This document shows, in pieces, positions 36,801 to 50,400 of a DNA stretch of 64,000 bases. Each line of letters begins with the position of its first letter. The first letter of the stretch is position 1. Below the pieces are notes generated by a model. That model did not search any database, had not been told where the DNA came from, and saw only the letters and a list, made by a program, of their open reading frames with translations. A program made the translations under genes and the position numbers. Origin of the DNA: a virus (lineage: Duplodnaviria; Caudoviricetes); the IMG/VR virus record IMGVR_UViG_3300021255_002052, positions 32,001 through 96,000 of that record; one strand, 5' to 3'.

Positions 36801-38357
36801 CAGGAGCAGTTAGCGGACAACCTCGACGAATGGCGCAACGAGCTGTAGGGAGACATTCAGAAGCAGCTTGATTATATTAACTCTCTCAATCTGTCTGCTA
36901 GTAACATCGAGGCTGCTCTCAACAAGCTAGTGTTAGGTGCTTCTAACGGTGTGGCTACTCTCTCCGATGTTGAAACGGCGGTTAAAGAAAACGGTCTTCT
37001 GACCAGTACTGTATCCGACGTTAATAAGCAGTATGAGGAAGGTCATGCTAATGCGGTAGCTACTAAACAGGCTCAAGATGCTGGTGCCGAATTGGCGGCT
37101 CGTATCCAGGGCGCGATCAATACCCTCGGGACTAGTGTCTCTACTACTAACATCGACAAGTTTACCAAGGAGTGGGCGGAAGTCGCAGATAAGACGAACT
37201 ATAATATCGGATCTACGGATCAGACCGGTAAAGATATTTAGGCTCTAATCGATTAGCTGAAGAGCGATGTAGCTCAGAATCAGTCTATGAAGAAATGGGT
37301 AGACGCGATCGCCGCCGTTAAGAATCCGACTTATAACTACTCTCAGGCGCAGATCGACGCGATGGCGAAGTCTGGCAATGTGGCAAAAGCGAACTATAGT
37401 TCCGTGATAACCAACGCAAAAGCGGTCTGGGATAAGATGTCCGCCGAACAAAAGAAAGCTTATAACGAAATCGCGGGGTCCTTCCACGCCGGTAAGACTG
37501 TCGATCAGATGCTGGCCACCTACACTAACGCTGTAGATTCTCTGAATAAAGCGGTTGCTACGAACGTCGAAAAGGCGAAGGCTGAAATGGCGAGAAAAGC
37601 TGCCGAAGAGGCTAAGCGTAAAGCCGAAGAAGAAGCCAAACGCAGAGCGGCGGAAGAAGCTGCGAGAAAGAAAGCCGAGGAAGAAGCGAAGAAAAAGGCT
37701 GAAGAAGCTGCCAAGAAGAAGGCCGAAGAAGAGGCTAAGAAGAAGGCCGAGTAGGAAGCCCAGGATCCATGGGGACTAAGAAGATTCATCATGGGCGGTG
37801 GCGGAGGTGGAAGCTATGGAGATGGTGGATACTCCAATATGCTATACGGTGTCCAGTCAGCTCCTGCCGCTACGACCACTAGTTCTTCTAAAGAAAAGGT
37901 TTATGTGCTAACTCCGAAGGGTGATTATAACCTGAAAGAAGGCGAGATCCTTGTAGACACGAAGAAGTCCAAAAAGAAAAAAGCTACCGGTACGAGATAC
38001 GCTCAGAAAGGCTTAACTCTCACCCAGGAAAAAGGCGGAGAGATCATCACCACAAAAGATGGTGTTCTTGTGCCGCTTAAAGCCGGTGATGGAGTGATTC
38101 CGGCTCATTTGACGGATAAATTATTCAAGATGGCTATGAATTATCCGAACATTGGGCAAACTATCACTCTGCCGTAGGTACAACCTGCGCAACAGAATCT
38201 TACGGTGAACTATGGTTCACTTCTTACGGTTAACGGAGATGTAGATAAAGAGGCTCTTCCAGGTCTCCAAGACATTCTCAAGCAAGCATATCAGTATACT
38301 AGTAAACAATTAGCCATAGACGCTAAGAAAGCAGGAATGCGTCAGGCAAGATATTAA
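15873..38357 (+). CDS. Giant tail tape measure protein (~7,494 aa with TAG=Gln)
   Basis: Thirty ORF fragments from 15873 to 37791 all lie in one frame, and the junctions I checked are TAG. TP901-type TMP core at ~24000-25100 (DTAFTEMRKVSDES...QDPNKVGAGARTIALRLSG). Ends TAA 38355-38357. Not every gap was checked codon by codon. Confidence 0.82.
37570..37762 (+). repeat. (K/R)KAEEEA-type charged tandem repeats (single alpha-helix) in the TMP C-terminus
   Basis: RKAAEEAKRKAEEEAKRRAAEEAARKKAEEEAKKKAEEAAKKKAEEEAKKKAE. Confidence 0.85.
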
Positions 38358-38361
38358 TTTT

Positions 38362-38398
38362 AGGAGGCGGGGCTGTCATAGGCTCCGTCTCTTCTCTT
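38362..38398 (+). terminator. Terminator-like hairpin with TGTCATAG loop
   Basis: AGGAGGCGGGGC-TGTCATAG-GCTCCGTCTCTT followed by a pyrimidine run. Confidence 0.6.
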
Positions 38399-38422
38399 AA
38401 TTAGGAAAGGAGGGGAGAAATC

Positions 38423-39346
38423 GTGGGATTTAGATATAACGGATTTTCTACCGAAAACATTATAGGAACGAAACTTATGCTTATGTCGATGGATGGTGCT
38501 ATAGATCGCGTTGATTGGGCTAGCCGCGAGAATATGATAGGATCGACCACTGTGACGAGACCTATTCCTAACGACTACGGTACGACCTATAATCTGCCGG
38601 AGTTTACGTACGGACTTATGAAAGCGGATTATGAACCCTTCACAACAGAAGAACAGGTTATGGTTGAAGCCTGGCTTACTAGTCCGAAAAGATCTTCTTT
38701 CGTCGAGATATGGCCGGATGGCTGCGACGAACCGGCGGAAGGTGAAGAAGTATACAGATATTTCGGCAAATTCACCAGTACGTCTTACGGTCTTATGAGC
38801 GAAGGTTTCTACGGCGTGATATTCACGTTCCAAAGTACATCGCCGTATCCGCTCAAACATGTGGAGTTTACCATAGACGCCACTTTGGATGGCGGTCGCA
38901 CTATAGAGACTACTGACCCAGATACCGGCGAGACTACTACCGAAGTTATTCCGGTGGATGAGCCGTTCATTGCGCCGTGTTATATATACTCTGACGAATG
39001 GGAAGAATATGTCTACCCAACTGTTACTATCTCTAACAACGACAATTCGCAGGAAGTGACTATCACTCAGGTGACAGACAACGGTAATGTTATGGGTATA
39101 TACGCCGACGAGATGGGGAACGTCCTTAGACTCGACGTTACTATAGACTGTCAGCGTTGCTTACTAACCGACTCTACCAGATCTACGGTAGTTAGTTTTA
39201 AAGACATGGGCTGGGCCGATGTCGGATCTATTTACTGGCTCAGATTCTTGCCGAGGCGTATCAACGTACTGGAAATCATCGGAGACGTTTCGATCAAAAT
39301 AGCCTACGACTATCCGTATAAGAAAGTCGGCGGGTGGTTAGTATGA
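38423..39346 (+). CDS. Distal tail protein (Dit-like, 307 aa)
   Basis: Intact ORF directly after the TMP. Motifs FRYNG, VEAWLTSP and FTFQSTSPY. Confidence 0.75.
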   Translation: MGFRYNGFSTENIIGTKLMLMSMDGAIDRVDWASRENMIGSTTVTRPIPNDYGTTYNLPEFTYGLMKADYEPFTTEEQVMVEAWLTSPKRSSFVEIWPDGCDEPAEGEEVYRYFGKFTSTSYGLMSEGFYGVIFTFQSTSPYPLKHVEFTIDATLDGGRTIETTDPDTGETTTEVIPVDEPFIAPCYIYSDEWEEYVYPTVTISNNDNSQEVTITQVTDNGNVMGIYADEMGNVLRLDVTIDCQRCLLTDSTRSTVVSFKDMGWADVGSIYWLRFLPRRINVLEIIGDVSIKIAYDYPYKKVGGWLV

Positions 39347-42300
39347 TATCAGATGTAAAGCATTTATATCTCTGCCGCCCGGATCTTTCTATAATCACGG
39401 AACTGAACGGTGTAAACCGCGAATCCGTATCTTATTCTCAACATACTAAGGACTTTGATACTCTCGATTTCGTAGTTGACGAATATATCGAAAGCCCCGG
39501 CGATTCCGACGGTCTTATCGAAGGATACCGCAAGTCGAACGGATACGATTATCTGGATAAGAGTATGTATATTCTTCTCGAAGATGTCGGCTACTTTATC
39601 ATGGAATATCCAGCAATTGAGAACGACGGCTTACACGAGACAAAACAGGTAAGTGCGTATTCGCTAGAGAAGGAACTATACAACCGCGACTGGCTGAACT
39701 TCAAAGTTAACACTGGCGAAGAAGATTCTCTTGAATCTATAGCGACTGATAACCTTAACGAACTCGGAATCCCAAAGAATTTCGTCACCTTCTATTGTCC
39801 TAGTAATCCCGAATTATCGTTATTAGATTTGCTCTTAACCAAACTCCCGGGCTGGTCCCTGGGTGAGATAGATCCTCTGCTAGTTAATAAGAAGATCGGT
39901 CAGTATAAAGAGCCAAATATTAACATATACGCTCTCCTAACATCTGTGATAGGCCCGAAAGTACCATGCATCTTCACGTTCGACATAATGCATCGGAAGA
40001 TTAATGCGTACTCATAGGAGAGTCTGGAACTAGATTCTAACATCTTCATCGGATTCAGAAATCTGGCGCAGAACGTAACCATTCAGGTAGAGGAAGATTC
40101 GATTATCACTCGGCTTCGTTGCTACGGAGATAACGAACTCTCGTTCGAGGCTCTGAACTACGGTTCTACCCAGATCGTGAATCTCTCCTATTTCATGCGC
40201 GAGCCTTACATGTCGCCGGAACTGGCGGCTAAGGTCCAGGCATGGCAAAATTATTAGGACGAAAACCGTGAGACGTTTAAGGAACTAGGCCGCACATCCG
40301 CCGATCTCTACGAGAAGATGGACGAGATCAAATATCGCGTTCCTAGCGACGGCGTTATGCAAGATTGGAGTGATCTTAACGAAGATGCTCTGAATGAGTC
40401 TCAGAAGTACTACGAGGCTCTTCTGACGTCTTTACAAGTCTCGGTTGACGCTAACCCACAGTACGATGAGGACGGCTCCTACATACCTTGGAAGGACTCT
40501 GAGGGGCATGTGGATGACGCACGTTATCTCGAACTGCTCTACGACATGGCGAATGGCTATGGCGGCTACTATACCTATAAGGAGATCCAGGAATATATCC
40601 TTCCTAACATTCAGATCGCTATAGATAATTTGAATATCCCGGAAGATGACCAGGAAAGTTATGTCGAAACCTGGAAAACTAACTGGGATCTCTACGGAAT
40701 CGAAGAACTGGAAGGTAAGAAGAAAGATTATACGAATCGACTGGAGGCTCTGTAGGTCTATTCCAAAGATTGGGACGAACTTACCCCCGAAGAACAGGCG
40801 GCTTAGGTTAACGAGGATTACTACAACATCCAACACGCCGAGTATACGAAAGTCGAGGGATATCTGGACGAAGACAGTCCAACTTCTCTCCCCGCCAAGT
40901 TGAAGCAGTTATAGGGAGAATACGACGATCTTAAAGAATAGCGCGATCAAAACGAAGAGAACAGAATCGCGATGGTTAATCCGTCGAAACTCTACTATAC
41001 AAACGAAGAAGGCGAGACAGTATACAACTTCGATCTTACGGCTGAAGACTGTGCGATCATCGAGCCGTTACTGATCGATTCTGACTACGTTAACTCTAAC
41101 ATTATCAGTACGTCCATAGATACATCTGTCAGCAGGTTTGACAGACAGTAGGAATTATTCGACGATTCTGTGGATAAGCTGTCAGAGCTATGTCAGCCTC
41201 AGTATAAGTTTACCACTACTCTCGACAATCTGTATAGACTGCCGGAATTCGCGGATTTCGCGAAAGATCTGAAACTCCTGACATATATCCGGCTAGGAGT
41301 ACGAGACGATTATTCTGTTAAACTTCGCGTGGTAGGTATCACCTGGAATCCGTGTGAGGTAACTCCCGATCTGGAGTTAGAGTTCTCTAACATGATTTCG
41401 TCGAGATCCGGGCGGACAGACTACGTAGATATTCTTCAGACGGAGAATGAGCGGGCTTCAAAAAACTCCGTCGCTCTCGGAACAGGTAACTCGGATACGG
41501 ACAAAGAATATCTGACAAACCTGCTCAACCTAATGATAACCAACCGGCTGTTTACTAACGCCGTTTCGAATATATCTGGTGTCGCTAGTGGAGGGTCCGC
41601 AGACAGTGCTGGGAGTGCCGCAACTGCTGGTTACGCCGCTAATGCCGGAACCGCGAACAAAGCTATATCAGCTAATACGGCTACTAACGCCATTAATATA
41701 GATCCCAACGGTAACATCTCCAGTATTATCTCCGATTATATCAAGGCGAATAAGATCGATGTCGGATATATCACTGGCGATGCCGCCGATTTTCGTAAAC
41801 TCTTCGCTGACTACATCGACGCTGAGAGTATCGTTACGAATATCTTAAGAGCGGATTAGGCGACACTTAACTAGCTGACCACGAAGGTGGTGACGGCCGA
41901 TTCTATCTCTACGGGGATTCTGAACGCGACCGACGCCCAGATTACGAATATTAAATCGAAAGTGGTTACCGCCGACGATGTGGCAACCAAGCTGTTATCC
42001 GCGACAGACGCGAATATTACGAACCTGTCATCGAAACTAGTAACATCAGAGATCGTAACTACTGCCGTTCTTAACGCGACAGACGCCCAGATATAGAACA
42101 TACGTTCGTCCGTAATTAGCGCCGACGATATCTCGACCCGTCTTCTCTCCGCCGAAAACGCGAAGCTGGGAGAACTCTCCGCCGGAATTATCGAAGCCGG
42201 TGAAGCGACGATCCGGGAACTCGCGGCGAATAACGTGACGGCGGATTATATCTTTTCTAACGTACTTGAAGCTAACCAGGCGCGGGTCGGAGAACTGATA

Positions 42301-43143
42301 TCTGACGTGGCTGCTTCAGCTAGTTCGCAGATATTCAACCTTACTTCCTCTAACGCGACCATCGACTCCGTATTGGCGAGAAGTATCGTAGCGGGGAATG
42401 TATAGGCATCCGACATTCAGGCGGGGAATATCACGCTATCCGACAATCTGAAGATCGTATCTGAGAACGGCTAGTTAACAGCGAATGGCGACACGATTCT
42501 GATAGGACGGACAAACCAGGACGGAACCCTGAGATCTGGCGTACAGATCGGCTATAACGCGTAGGATGAGCCGTCGGTCATCGTAAAGAACGAGAACGGC
42601 GCGACGGTAATGACGGCAGAGGGTATCACTTCTGACGCAGTAGCTGATTCGCTGATCGTCAACCGGATGGTGTAGGATAAGGCGATTACGCCCGGAAAGC
42701 TGTCGTTCAACGTCGAGACAGACGAAGATGGCAACATCGTCACTTCTATAGATAATATCTACCTCGGCGATGGCGGCAAATTTGGTGCGGACTACAGTAC
42801 GTTCAAAGAATCCACCAAGGGAGACCTGGCGGATATACAGGATGCCGTAGATTCGTCTATGGTATATCAGATAGAGATCATCTCTTCTAACGGAGACGCT
42901 TTTAAACACGGCGAGGTATCTACTACTCTCTCCGCGCACGTATATAAATAGAACGAAGACATCACCGACTACCTGGACGCGAACGCTTTCCACTGGTGGA
43001 AAATTAATAGCGACGGAACACACGACACTGAGTGGGAGACGAATCACGCCGCCGGTCGGAAGAGCATCACTATAACTAGTGCGGACGTATACAGACGTGC
43101 CACGTTTAATGTTACGGTAGATGGGATCCCGTCTTCTAGTTAA
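39343..43143 (+). CDS. Tal-like baseplate hub / tail spike (~1,266 aa)
   Basis: ORFs 39334, 40318, 41170 and 41887 share a frame across TAGs, ending TAA 43141-43143. Follows Dit. C-terminal 25-aa repeats. Confidence 0.72.
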
Positions 43144-43160
43144 TAAAGGAGGTTTGAAAT

Positions 43161-44231
43161 ATGGCTATATCAATGGGCCAGTTTACGATTCATGATTATA
43201 ATGATGCCGTAACGCTAACTGGTTATATATCGAGTAATATCTAGAAATATCAAATTTATAATCCGGACACCGACACGGTTGCGCCGGATTTTACTAATAC
43301 GAATATGATTCTCACGCCCTCACTGTACGTGATTAACTCTACGGATGATATCATGTCTGGAGCGCAGACGAGTATCTAGTCTGTCAAGTGGTATAGAGAT
43401 AATGAGACAACCGCGATCGCGGCGGGTACGAGTTACGCTTTCGAGGGAACTAATAACTATAAACTGAAGATCAAGACTAATATTCTGACTGAAGCGATTC
43501 CTACCGCGACATTCCGCTGCGAAATCGCGTATAAGGACCCGGCATCCAGTCTTGTAGTTACACACGTAGAAGACATCACGATCAACCGTGTATCCTCTGG
43601 TGGTGGCGTACAGACTGCTATAGCGGCAACTCCGAATGGCAACGTATTCAAGAATGGCACAATCGACTCTCTGATCGCGACCTGTGAATTATGGCACGGC
43701 TCGACGGTTCAGACGACCGGGTTAACATTCCAGTGGTACATTATGGACTCTTCTGTTACTACCGACCAGGGTGGCGGAAAAGGCTGGAAGAAACTGACTA
43801 ATACCACAAATATGTATACTGGCGTAACAACCACGCAGATCACCGTTTATAACAAAGCGGTCGATTCTGTGCAGTCATTCAAGTGTATCATCACTGATTC
43901 TAGCGGCAACGACTATCAGGATTTCGTAACCTTCAACGACTATACAGATCCGATTCAGGTCGAGGTCCAGTCTTCCGCCGGAGACGTATTCAAGAACGGC
44001 GTCGGTTCGACTGTGTTAACCGCGAGACTGTTCCAGAATGGTGCCGAGATCGATACGGCGGGAACGAAATACTTATATACCTGGACGATGCGGGATAAAG
44101 ACGGAGTCGCGACAGACTTCGACGCAGATACTTCCAGCCCTGTAGCTACCAAGACGGGCAAGACTCTGACGGTCGATGGGGGCGATGTAGATGTAAAAGC
44201 TACTTTCATAGTCGAAATAACTGAGAGGTGA
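43161..44231 (+). CDS. Ig-like domain baseplate/tail protein (356 aa)
   Basis: AAGGAGG RBS. Repeated GNVFKNG/GDVFKNG...LTARLF Ig-like units. In frame with ORF 43743. Confidence 0.7.
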
Positions 44232-44235
44232 TAAT

Positions 44236-47200
44236 ATGGTCGCTTATGGACAGTTTACGATATCCGCTCTCAATGACGGTACAAGCGTAGAGTCTGTCTC
44301 AGTCCAGTACTATCTCTCGACTAGCAGAACTAAGCTAACGGGCGGATCCTGGGGCGCGACATGCCCTAGCGTGTCTGACGGGCATTATGTCTGGACAAGA
44401 ACCGGAACTAAACTGTCCGATTCCGCCACCGTTAACTACTCCCAACCGGCTTGTATTACCGGCGACAAGGGAGCTACGGGTGCAAGCGGCAAGGGGATAG
44501 TCTCGGTAACGCCCCTGTATCTGATGAATGAGAGCAAAGAGAGCTGTGCGGAACCGCCCACTGGATGGACAGACGATCCGTCTACTCTAACCTGGGAAGC
44601 CGGAAAATATATCTGGACGACTAGTAAGATCGTCTATAGCAATCCGTCTTCTACTGTTTATACTACGCCTTCATGCGACACGGCGTGGGAGGCGGCAAAC
44701 GAAGTCCAGAATAATCTGGATACCTATAAGCAGACGAACGACGCGGCAGTCGCGGCTTAGGCACAGACCTTAGCTAAGCACACCAGTTCTATCAGTACGA
44801 TCAGCTCTACAGTCGACGACCATACGAATCAGATCGCGAATAAAGTATCCCAGAGCGACTTTAACAGTTCAATCCAGGGAATCGAGAACGACATAGACAA
44901 GTCCACCGGAATCAATAAGTGGCTGGTCGAGATCTATAATAAGGCTAATCTGCCCACGGCTAACCAGTCTCTATACGACTTCACCGCGTTCACTGGCAGC
45001 GGAATAAACCCGACATCCTCCGCCACTTATAAGGATTCGGATATATCGAAGTCATTCCTTTCTACGACTAACTACATCGGCTACGCTCTTACGTTCGTGG
45101 ATGTAACGACGCAATTCACCTGGACGCACGGATTTTCGGCTTCCGGCAATGGGCGTTTATACGTCAACGGATCTCAGGTAACCGGCACGACGATCACGCT
45201 TAAAGTAGGTTGGAACGTCATCGAAGTTATCTGGAATGTTGGAACCACGAAGCCAAATGGGTTCACGTTCTCTAATAAGCTGGGTACGAATTCCAACGTT
45301 CTTCTGATGAACTGCTACCACCGCACGATCACCGGGCGCGAGGCTTCTGAGGTAACGCGGACTTCTGAGTTGACAATCGATCTGAACGGGATTACCTCCC
45401 GGGTAAGTTCGGCTGAGACGAACATCAACACGAACGCCGGAAATATCACGACTTTGAATCAGAGCGTTTCCACGGTCTCTCAGACGGCGAATAAGATCAA
45501 CTGGCTAGTAAAATCGGGATCGTCACAGTCTTCAGTTACGCTGACAGACGCTGCGGTCACCGCTGTTACGAACCAGTTCGTGATTAAAGACCCAGAAGGA
45601 TCTGCTACGATTATTAGCGGAGGGAAGATTCAGGCGAACAGTATCACCGCAAATATGCTGGCCGCGAACGCGATCAAGTCTTAGAATTATCGGACTTACG
45701 ACAAAGATGGCCACCAGGTAACAGATGGCGTTCCTTATAACTCGCCCTATTCGACATTCGGTACGCTACTCGATCTGTCAACGGGAAGTATCTATACACC
45801 GAATTTCGGCGTAGACAACGCGAACGGTAATGCATATATCAACGGTGAGATCATCGCGACTAGCGGAAGAATCGGCGGAGAGAGCGGAACTTACTGGGAT
45901 ATTACTTAGGTAGAGGAAGACTCGTAGGATCACGCGGCGATTATCGCGAATGGCCGGGCGTTTATTAATACCGGCGACTGGACGATCGCGGCTGATCGGA
46001 TTCACAGCTAGTCGGTTAACGCTCAGAAGAATCTGGTCTATCCTTCCTACAATAAGAGATATTACGACTTCGGACTTCACGTACCAGAATTAAACCCGGC
46101 AGCGTCGGGTTATATTGAGCACGTATCCGATGATTTCTTATATATACGGTATCATGACAACACTGTTCCCGAAATCGAGTCGGACTGGAACTATATATTC
46201 CGAATTGACAAAGCGGGAATGATCTATATTAACGGTCAGTCGCTAGATCAGAAATACGCTTCTATAGACGGGGTATCTGGCGCTTACCTGCCGATGACTG
46301 GCGGTACAATCACTGGCGATCTTACAGTAAACGGAACTCTCTCTGCCAACGCTTCTTCAGCCACCAAGCTGAATAACTCTATCTCAATCAACGGAAAGTC
46401 CTTCAACGGAGAATCTTCCGTGAACGTGGGAACTATCGGAGTCGGCTACGGCGGAACCGGGCGGACAGCTTGGACGGCAGCCGGGATCGTATACGCTTCT
46501 ACGGCTAATACGCTTGGATAGCTGGATACCGGAACTTCTGGGCAGATTCTTAGTTCTGGTGGAAACACCGCGCCTACCTGGATTAACCAGAGTTCGATAG
46601 CGGCTGGGTCGGCGACTAAAGACTCTGCGGGGCATACGATATCTAGTTACTATGCTCCTCTTTCTGGAGCGACCTTCACTGGAGATGTGACGTTCACAGA
46701 GGGGGCAACTTTCTCTGGTGCGACGTTCAATGGAGATGTGGTGTTCACGGATGGAGTAACTGTAGGTCAAACCTTCGATGCAATCGAAGCGACCGTCGGT
46801 GATCTGATGGTCACTGGCGCGGCGAGATTTATTAACGGTTTGTATGGTAATTTAATTGGGAACGCCGACACTGCGACGACTGCCACTACTGCGGATAAGG
46901 TTGGTAGTAATCTGGTAATACTGCTCAATAGTGGAACTACCGAGGGAACTAATAAGTTTACGTATAACGGTTCAGCGACGAAAAACGTAAATATAACAAA
47001 GTCCGCCATTGGACTTGGTAATGTGGATAACACGGCAGATGCGAATAAGACTGTCAAAGAAGCGGGTAAGGTTACAAATACGCTCAAGATTCAGCTTAAC
47101 GGCGGGACTACGGAAGGAACTAACCAGTTCTCATACAATGGTTCCGCTGCCAAGAATATAAATATAACTAAATCAAGCGTAGGACTTGGGAATGTGGAAA

Positions 47201-50200
47201 ACACTGCTCTCTCGACTTGGGCGGGTTCTGCAAATCTTACGACAACAAAAGTCGGTACTCTCGCTGCTGCTGCGGCAAAGGATGTGGATACGTCAATCAG
47301 TGCCGCTTCTTCAAGCGCAAATCTTCCTACTTCTGAGGCAGTTGCGGCATTCGTGGAAGGAAAAGGGTACGCCACAAGTACCGAGGTTACGACGTTTGTT
47401 GAGGGCAAAGGATACGTAACAAGTTCTGGCGTAACATCTGTTCGTGTACAAGCAACAAGTCCTGTTGTATCGAGCGTTAATACTGCGCAGTCTTCGACAT
47501 TAAATACGACGATATCTCTCGCCAATGGATATGGTGACACGAAGAATCCGTATGGTACGAAAACGAAGAACTACGTTCTCGCTGGCCCATCATCTGGTGA
47601 CGCTGCTGCGCCGACGTTTAGGGCATTAGTTGCGGCTGATATTCCGACTCTCACTCCTGCAAAAGCTGGACTTGGGAATGTCACAAACAATAAACAAGTC
47701 AAAGGTCTTTCATCTGGGACGACATCTGGGCATCTTGTTTCTTGGGGGTCAGATGGGTATACAGTGGCTGACAGCGGAATTGCCACTACTTCTGTAACGA
47801 CAAAAATCAAGCTTGCCGAAACAGATTATTCCGTATCATCAAATACGATTACCATTACTTAGGAGAATCTGCAAAGTGCAGTCCAAAGCACTGGCCTTGT
47901 GTTAATGACTTCGGCAGAAAGGTCTAAACTTGAATCAATCCAAGTATCTGAAGGCGGCACTATCGACTTCTCTGGCGTTACTGCAAGCTCACCGTTAACT
48001 GCGACTGTTGCTACCAATAAAACCGTAAATATCACTCATAATACAAGTGGTGTATCTGCCGGTACTTATAGGTCGGTTACGGTAAATACCTACGGACACG
48101 TAACCGCAGGAACAAGCCCAACTACTTTGAGTGGGTATGGAATAACAGATGCAAAAATAGCGAGTGGAACTATAACTCTTGGAAGTAATACGATTACGCC
48201 TCTTACGGCAAATAGCACTCTTAACGCAGCAAAGTTAAGTGGTACAGCGAGTATTTCCACAACTGGAAACGCCACTACTGCGACAAAATTCAGTTCTAAC
48301 CGTTCAATAACGCTCACTGGCGATGTAATTGGAACTTCAAGTTCGAATGGTGAAAATGGTTGGAGTTTAACAACTGCTATCGTTGATGATTCGCATAATC
48401 ACACAACTGAGACAATAGTACCATTACAGGCCAAGACATATACTGGAGTCATTGCAGAGGCAAATAATGAGGCAAAGGGTTAGTTATATTTTATAAAAGT
48501 GCAGCCCGATACTTATGGTGGTTAGTGGAGTATCCATTACAAAGTAACGGCAACTATCGATGGCGTATCAGTAGCAAATGGTAGCGGTTTTGAAACCAGT
48601 AATGTTTATTTAAGCGGTATGAGAGATACTTATTCTAGTTATAGAACATGGAATGATATCACTAATACATCTTATCGACCATATTATTACCATTGCTTTT
48701 ATAGAGCAAAGGAAGCAGGAATCACTGACGGATATGGTCATGCCATAGGTGTTAATCTAAGATATTCTTATAATCCAACAACCGCTGCTAACACCAGAAC
48801 CGTTACTTTTGAAATAATTAAAACAGAAGGGTGTACAGTAACGTTACTTGATTCGCCACTAACGTATGATAGTTTCCCTGGAACTGGATCGACAAATTAT
48901 AATACTTACAATAATTTTGATGCTACGACTTATGGCAATACAATGACTGGGGATCGAAATGATGTAAACTATTATAACCGTAATTATTATGGAAGTCGTA
49001 CTGCGGCTGCTAATATTTATAGGTTTCAATTATGCCTAACAAAAAAAGACAGATCGTTGTTGCCAATCAATAGCGTTAATAATAGCATTTCGACGGATAA
49101 AACGTTAACGACGGAAGCGTTTGACCCATTTGGAGATATTCTGTATTGGAGCAGTACTACCACTTATTCTGCTGGGGCGAATGTTGGTGATGGTTGGTAT
49201 GCTCAATACCTTGCTGATATACGATATTCTTTTAATATTGGAGGATATAATACTACTTCTACATTAGTTGGAAGAAAACCCTTGTATCTAGTTGCTACCC
49301 CACAAGCAGATGGAACTGCTATATTACATTCTTCTCCTCTAGCACAAGAATTGCCAACCACAGAAGATGGGCTGATTTATATTTATTTGGGGCAAGTATA
49401 CCCAGATACTCATCCATATAGGTTGTATTTAACGATTTTGCATCCGATTTACTGGTACAAAAATGGAGCCGTCTGCCAATATATCCAAACATCTGAAAAG
49501 GCGTTGCAAGACGGCAACGGTGCAGTCATCGCTTCAACGTACGCCAAGCTCTCCGGCGCAACATTTACCGGTGCTGTCAATACCGCAAAAAGTACTTGGA
49601 ATACAATCGGCGACGATGCCTATTTAGGTGATATAAATAAAGCTGGTCACATCGGTATTAAAGGCAAGAACGGTAATACTGGACTGTTTTTCGTTACTTA
49701 TAATTAGGACTCTAATACTACAGGCGGAGCAATAACATGGGATGGAACTAAATTCTCTATTTCTGGCACTGTAGATACGAGTATTTCTGGAAATGCTGAT
49801 ACTGCGACAAAACTTGCTGCTGCCAAAACAATAACTCTCTCTGGTTCTGTAACTGGTTCGACTACATTTGATGGTTCTGGTAATGTAACAATTGCTACTA
49901 CTACAAATCATACACATAACTACGCTGGCTCTAGTTCTGCGGGCGGTTCTGCCAATAAGGTAGCCGGGGGTGTTGGTACCGTTAATAAAGATAGACATGT
50001 GTGGTTTTCGGACTCCGCAACTGAGACTGTACGAAATTATGATGATGATTTTAAATATAATCCTTCAACAAATGTTTTAACGGTAGGGTCCATTACTGGT
50101 AATGCTGCAACTGCTACTAAAGCAACACAAGACGGCTCTGGCAATACGATCACTAGCTACTACGTCACTCTCTCTACGGCCCAGACAGTATCTGGTGCGA

Positions 50201-50388
50201 AGACGTTCTCTGGTGCTACTGCCATTACGAATACGACAGCCAGTACGAATAAGTCTACTGGTGCGCTGAAGGTATCCGGCGGCGTAGGAGTCGCGGGGTA
50301 GATGTCCGCTAATAAAGTGATGGTTGGAGATAATGTTACGCTAGAATATGACTCATCCAAGTCCTGTCTGAATTTCGTGTTTGTGTAA
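44236..50388 (+). CDS. Long tail fibre protein (~2,050 aa), mosaic
   Basis: Seven ORF fragments in one frame. Collagen-like GDKGATGASGKG, YLPMTGGTITG, GLGNVDNT and GNATTATK fibre motifs. Ends TAA 50386-50388. Confidence 0.78.
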
Positions 50389-50400
50389 GGAGGTGGTGGC

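Noticed and set aside
37570-37762. Separate TolA-like gene or CRISPR-like array
   Set aside because: It is a coding low-complexity repeat in frame within the TMP, with no spacer structure.
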